Assembly: GCA_013115145.1 (NCBI GenBank)
Contig: JAAPAO010000039.1
Location: 1-64,000 of the forward strand
Reading direction: 5' to 3'
Source: Perkinsus chesapeaki ATCC PRA-425
Taxonomy: Eukaryota > Protista > Perkinsozoa
DNA: 64,000 nucleotides
The notes below the pieces were generated by a model. The model was not told the origin of the DNA. It ran no database searches and was given only the letters and a program-made list of their open reading frames with translations. This document shows positions 58,215 through 64,000 of this stretch, piece by piece. Position 1 is the first letter of the stretch. Each line of letters begins with the position of its first letter. The position numbers and the translations under genes were made by a program.

Positions 58215-60126
58215 CTATGGATATCCATTTCTGTTGTGAATCATCTCAAGTGACATGCCTTGCCGGCCAAGACATCCTCTACTGTTCGGGAGTATCTCCC
58301 AGCGATGATCTACAACCATTTCAAAACGAGCTCTGATATGCCGCTCACAGGAAGTTTTTCGAAACTCGTCATAGCCGTCCCACTCAGCAGCAGCTGGAGC
58401 CATTTCCGCATGACCGCAACATATAGACAGTTGGATGATGAATCACTCACTTCTCCTTTCCGCAACATTCCCGTATCTTTGACGTAAACTGGCGGGGTGA
58501 TGAACAAATCTTGGAACTGTAGAGCTCGGTTGAACAACGGCTTCACACAGGAATCATAAACGCAGCTGCACGCCGCAAAATCGTTGAGACACAGGAACAC
58601 CTGGAGGAGAAAAGTTGAGAGAAAGTCGGTATGAGGAGGGCACTACCTCAATTAAGGGGCGATAGAAATTATGGTAAGGAAGCCAGAAAAAAACGATATT
58701 GAAGAACGGTTCGGCAACCAGAAGGCAGTCGAAGATCGCCCAGTACATGAGGAGCTCCTGAGAGGAAAACGGTCACAGTGAATTGACGTCCTACTGAAAG
58801 ATGGAGCATCGGATATACTCCTGGTCACAGAGTGTGACTCGAACGGGAAGGTTCGTTTAATAATAAGTACGGGACTCATCAGAAATGCCCTCCCGGCCAC
58901 TAGAACAATCAGGAAGTCCTGCAGTTTCATCGCTACGCTGCTAGCACGGAACCGAGTTGGCAATAAAATAATATTATAGGTCCCTCAGCAACTACCTTCA
59001 AAAAGTCATAGAGAAATGCTGAAGACCTCTCGGAAGGAATGTATTTAATGCTTTCTTTCCTTCATAAATATATAACATACTTTTAGGCATGCTCTGCGGC
59101 GGCCACTACAGTTGATAAATTCTAGAACAATTACTTGTCAAATTTCCATTGTATGTCCTCGACCGAATTAGGAGCACTTTCCAACGCCCGAAGTAGACAT
59201 TTCCGTGAAGCTAGATGGCCCCCTGACTACCTTTCCTGCCGCTGTGATCTCCGATGGTGAATCCTTGGATAGCAACTGCACAGTTCTATATAAAGGATAA
59301 ACAGCTCCGATCATATTCGAAATCGGAGATACAAATACACCAGTTAGGAGTGATAGAACAATCACCAGGTAAGCAACGCCGGCGAGGAGCAGGAAAACCT
59401 GATGACCAAACACGTCGTTTGGGCAACGCGGCTCGGAAATTTCCATTTAAGAAGCTCCGACGGATGGGATTCTTGCAAGTGTTTGGTAGTAAAAAACTGA
59501 CAACCCTTGCCGCCAATTGCCTAGTGTTGAAAGATTTGGTTAGGCTGTCACAGTTGGTTCGCGGAAAAACACGAAAATGTGAGCTTAAGGGGCTCGCAAA
59601 AATCAAGGGCAATTTTGGGAACTTCCACCAACTATGATCACAGTACATATCACCGATGAAAACTACGTCTATTGACATTTACCGATTTTTATGTATCCCC
59701 TCGGAACCTTTTCAGTGGACCTCGTATTGGTATGGTCAAAAGGCGTTGCTCGTGGAGTCAACAAAGCAGCTTCGAGGAGTAGCTATTGTTATAAAATCAT
59801 TCGACTTTGCCTTTTCACAATAAATTATCTTATTAGTTTACACTTTTAGAAATATCTCTATATTACCATTCCTCTATTGGCTATATGCTTGATCGTTTCT
59901 CTTACAGTATACCAACAATGGTTATAGTTCGTAATCCTTATAACCCACTTTTATGCACCTCCCCCATCAGGAGCCTCCACCCTTCCCCCACTACCGGTGT
60001 CAAGTGCAACCTCTCCGCCGCGGTGCTGATGGTAGCATTACCGCCCAACCGAGCGTTCCATGTCTGAATCCGACCTCCTATATTTTCTTCGAGACTCGAC
60101 AGCCTTGTGAACAGACTTTCTTCCAT
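58215..60126 (-). CDS. TB2/DP1/HVA22 (YOP1/REEP-like) ER-shaping protein, multi-exon
   Basis: ISNMIGAVYPLYRTVQLL, ELLMYWAIFDCLLVAEPFFNIVFFWLPY and VYDSCVKPLF motifs; ends approximate. Confidence 0.75.
59024..59218. repeat. Dispersed intronic repeat, copy B
   Basis: Matches 46464-46734 in two collinear blocks. Confidence 0.75.
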
Positions 60127-60349
60127 CACTTTTCAAACTACCAAAGAGCAGGTATCATTCGACCTGAATTAATCATGCTTACAAAAAATATTAAGAAAAT
60201 TATTTCGATTTTTTTTGGTTGAAAATATGCTGCAAAGAAATTTTCGAAAGAAACGCTGGCGATTTCTGAGCTGTACCGATGAGACTAAACATACTTCCCA
60301 ACTGTGTAACTCAACGCGGCTGGAAATACTGCCTTCATAATAAACATGA

Positions 60350-61474
60350 GCTATACACCGGAGCTATTAAAGACACCAACTTTCCGCGTATGAATGAAAG
60401 AACGGTGCTCCGAAGATCGCAGCAGTCCTGCGTTTGTCGTGTGGCTCATAAGCGAGGATCATCACTTCGCATTCTCTCTCCGTCCATCGGCAGTAGCTGT
60501 AGGGAGGCATCTTAACCGACACCATCCTGGACGACTCTGTGCCGACGTGAAAGAGCAGGGTGGGCGGATAGTCGGCGGCGGAAGATTTGATGAAAAGTTC
60601 ATCTTCAGCCACCATGCGGTACATTACCTTCATTTTCAATTCGGTGAAACCTCGTCGCTTGAGAGCAGCTGTGAGCAGTCCCACTATACGGTTGATGAGC
60701 TCAGTATTAGGCGTAACAATCGGAGCATCTCCGGTGTCGAAAATGACGGAGAATGTGGCGTCGGGAGGAACGGGATAATTAAAAGGTGTTCGAGAAACCA
60801 AGTTCCCAGAGGCGTCCAAAAAACTGACCGAATCCAGCCAAGAGTGGGGGTACGTTAGTGCCCCATCATTCGGCTCACAACTTCGCCGCTTCGGTCTTCC
60901 AGCCGGGAGCCCAGAGTCAGGACCCCAGATGGCCAATCCCAGGTATTCCCGCAAGACTGAGTTTCGAGTTTGTATGACTTATATGGTATTATCCTCCTCC
61001 ATATCAGCGTTTCTAAAGTGCTTCCCTCATCGGGTAGGAGGGCTGGCGATAGGCCGAAGAGAGCTCGGGGCCGCCCTTGGGCATGACAGGAAATTGCTCG
61101 GCTCACAAGAAAGGGGAAATTTTCAACGACACGATCACCTAGGCGAACCGAGCCGAAGCGTCGAATGCCCTCTAGAACGACTCCGTCGTGAAATCTCTGT
61201 AATGTGACAGGCTCACTGGTGAAGTTGCAAGTCAGACCGGCGAAGCATCCGGCTTGATGAGCTTGGCAGGACCCGACACCGAAGATACTTTCATACCATT
61301 CTCATCGAGGACGGACAAGACAGGCGAGCCGGAATCTAGAGCAACTCGAACAGGTTGATCGTTAATGTTGATAGTAGCGTAGCCCAGTTCGATCGGCATC
61401 ACTAAGGGCGCAGGGTTGGGGGCCAAAGACGAATAGGAGGGTCGTATTATTGCGGTAAGGATTGCAGAAAGCAT
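60350..61474 (-). pseudogene. Intronless pepsin-like aspartic protease with apparent frameshifts
   Basis: Signal-like start, VALDSGS, ALFGLSP, VIFDTG and AIFGAPFF motifs are spread over different frames. Breaks lie near 61300, 60862 and 60385 without evident splice sites. Confidence 0.65.
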
Positions 61475-61809
61475 GGTGATATAGCTGAGGGAGACAAACG
61501 AAGTTTATGAAAGAGATGTCGATGCGAGCGAGTCGCCGAAAGTGGCTACATTCGATCCTGGAATCAATTGCAGCTTAGGCTAGGGTGCTTAGCATAGATA
61601 ACAATTTAAGATGCCTACGATACTGAAGCAGTAATAGAGTAAATTTATAATGAAAAAATAGTAAGTGAATTTCCAGATGGTGAAGAACGAGATACACACA
61701 TGAGACTGGTAACGCGCGTAGAGAAAAGTTAGGGAAAAGCAAGATGTCACAAGTGAGCAAGGTGCTAATAGGTTGCAATCATGATGGATCCTAGTTGAGC
61801 TCTCTTACT

Positions 61810-63150
61810 ATGGTATCTTACGAAGGCTTTCGTGATCGCTGCTCTGTGATTCTAGCACACAAAAGTCTGATGTCCCTCTATATCCTATCATCTTGCACCC
61901 AAGCATACCCTATGATAGCAATTGGCATACTATTACGTGAAGATCTCGGTTTGGCCGATGACAACGTCTCCCTAGCCCTGTTCTATGCCAATACGTTCAT
62001 TCCTTTCTACTTCCGCTGTCTTTACGGTTTCATCTCGGACAACGTCGCTTTGTACGGCACTCGTCGGGTCGTCTATATGGTGATGTGCTACTCTATTATG
62101 TCTGCCTTATACATTCTCTACGGCGCATGGGTAATCTCGCTCTCGAGAGCTTACGTTGTTGCAACACTCATTAACGTGGCCTTTGCGTTCGCAGAGTCCT
62201 GCCTCGACGCCGTAGCGGTGCAGAGATCGCAACCCAGCGGTCGAGCGCTTGTCAGTACAGACAATAACACGAGGAGCGCAGCGGACATCCAAAGCGGCGG
62301 CATGCTTTGCCGTACACTAGGGACACTAGTAGTCGGTCTCCTAGCCTCAACAACTGGTGCATTTCTACCTCATCGCGTCATCATTGCTCTTACCAGCTTG
62401 TTCCCTGTAATCTCAGTACTGGTTGTGCTCGCCCGAGTGGGAGACATTGAGAGCGAAGATTCCTTGGTTAGAGGCCTCGCCGAATTTCCTGATGTTGTTG
62501 GTATCCTTCGACCATTAGTCAGACCGTGCTGCTTTGTTATTTTCTTCGCTATGATGCCGAATACAAACGATGTTTATAACAGTTACATCTACACCACGTT
62601 CGACTACAATCAATCCGTCCTCAATCTCATCAATGTCTGTCGTACAGTAGGCAGCCTAGCAGGGACGACTCTCTATTGGAGCGTCCTCAGAGATTCGCCG
62701 CTAACAAAGGTCTTTGTCGCATCAACTCTGGTGGCAGCATGCGCTGGTCTCACTCGCCTTTGTGTGATTTGGCACTTCAATCGTTTCGTGGCCATTCCCG
62801 ATGGTATCTTCGTGGCTGCAGACGTCCTTTTTGTTGCCATTTGCGAATCCTTAGCATTGATGCCTGTTTTAGTCCTGGCTGGCTCTACGGCAAGTAAAGG
62901 TCGTAACGCCGAGGGCTTCATGTTCGCCGCGTTGATGGCCTTCAACTCGCTTGGGGGATATCTCTCGGCGTACTGGTCAGCATTGGTATTGAAACTAGTT
63001 GGAAGCCCTGGTCAGAATAATGGCTACCTGAACCTCTGGCTGGCAATCGTTGTGTGCACGCTGTCTACTCTCTTGCCATTGTTGATGTTGCCTCTGCTGA
63101 GAACTTCTGGAGAAGTTCGCGAGAGTCTCCTAGATGGTGATAGATCCTGA
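61810..63150 (+). CDS. Folate-biopterin transporter (BT1/FBT family, MFS), intronless
   Basis: About 12 hydrophobic segments; FRCLYGFISDNVALYGTRR, AFAESCLDAVAVQR and LMPVLVLA...EGFMFAALMAFNSLG are BT1-family motifs. Confidence 0.88.
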   Translation: MVSYEGFRDRCSVILAHKSLMSLYILSSCTQAYPMIAIGILLREDLGLADDNVSLALFYANTFIPFYFRCLYGFISDNVALYGTRRVVYMVMCYSIMSALYILYGAWVISLSRAYVVATLINVAFAFAESCLDAVAVQRSQPSGRALVSTDNNTRSAADIQSGGMLCRTLGTLVVGLLASTTGAFLPHRVIIALTSLFPVISVLVVLARVGDIESEDSLVRGLAEFPDVVGILRPLVRPCCFVIFFAMMPNTNDVYNSYIYTTFDYNQSVLNLINVCRTVGSLAGTTLYWSVLRDSPLTKVFVASTLVAACAGLTRLCVIWHFNRFVAIPDGIFVAADVLFVAICESLALMPVLVLAGSTASKGRNAEGFMFAALMAFNSLGGYLSAYWSALVLKLVGSPGQNNGYLNLWLAIVVCTLSTLLPLLMLPLLRTSGEVRESLLDGDRS

Positions 63151-64000
63151 TAGGCCGCTGTTTCCGTGGTTACTGCATAATTGCTTTTTTCTGGGGAGAA
63201 AATACTGTGTTTGAATCACCACCCTCCGGGCGTGATGGTCTGAAGCACATTCCTGAGCCTCGGAGACTATTAATGGACTCCATTGAAGATGTTCCTCCCA
63301 CTGTGCGCAGTGCAGAAAAACGCGTTGTGCGATGCTTTCAGTGCTCTTCGCGTTTTTGCGCGAGTCAGAAGCATTCAAGACATTGCCGGCTGGGTTTAAG
63401 ACCAGCACTGCCTGGCAAGTGTGATATTGTCACACTGCGATATCCCTAGTAGTGGTCCTGGTCGTGATTAGAGCCATTACGGAGTTGGTCGGCGGTGATT
63501 CATATGATAGTGAAGCTCACTTACGATGGGGTCACCAGGTGATCCATAGTAGGTTATGCTCCGTAACCTCGGCATCATACTCTGATTATGAGCTCCAGCT
63601 CCTCGTGATCAGTTTGCCCTAAGATCGTCGGGCTTGAGGGTTTGCATCGTGGTCAGCACGGCGTCGAAGGGCGGAGAACATGACCATATAACCTGGACCA
63701 GCGAGCGATCCAAGGCGTTAGTTCACTCCAAGACTTTGGAGTCCCTAGCCAATGGCTAGGCTGTGGATCAGATCCGTATGGCTCTCAACGGCGGGACCAG
63801 ACTCCCCGGAAACCATCGCTTGTTCTGATGTGTTCCTCGGACTGAGAACAACACACGATTGAGGGGAGCGTCTTGCAATGTGATCCTAGTGGGAGTTGTA
63901 ATTGCGTCAGTTCTCCTGTTTCGCATTGACAACACAACTTCGGCGATGCTTCTGGAATATATTTTGTTAATGAAAAAAGGTATAGTAGAGTTGCGACAAG

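Noticed and set aside
1-64000. CRISPR arrays, rRNA genes, prokaryotic operons or terminators
   Set aside because: No regularly spaced repeat-spacer array or rRNA-like sequence seen; the DNA is eukaryotic.

Overview
Eukaryotic, intron-rich protist DNA with one 99-N assembly gap at 4464-4562. Short GT-AG introns, expanded intronless F-box-like/propeller and aspartic-protease families and a BT1 folate transporter suggest an alveolate such as Perkinsus; this is an inference. Supported genes: three intronless F-box-like/beta-propeller paralogs, a secreted LpqC/PHB-depolymerase-like esterase, a spliced GH99 endo-alpha-mannosidase, DIS3L2, two paralogous secreted G-x-D-G-R-Y-Y proteins, an intronless INO1, a GOS1 SNARE, GPN3, a KH-domain protein ending in a CysRS-like domain, a DEK/HMG-box chromatin protein, two tandem 4-TM proteins, a small secreted 4-Cys peptide, a TB2/DP1/HVA22 protein, a frameshifted aspartic protease and a BT1 transporter. 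A young 7.2-kb Bel/Pao-like LTR retrotransposon occupies 20747-27911. Two observations stand out. (1) The retrotransposon's capsid ORF stops inside a perfect 34-bp inverted repeat, and its nucleocapsid knuckles lie in the pol frame. Candidate splice sites would remove the hairpin and fuse the frames, and the element also has an LMDD RT motif, a TGG-less tRNA-like PBS and no polypurine tract. (2) A complete tRNA-Pro(CGG) without a Pol III terminator fills a 116-nt intron of DIS3L2, and four further tRNA-derived relics occur in introns or next to genes. Exon structures were read by eye, so the ends of spliced genes are approximate.
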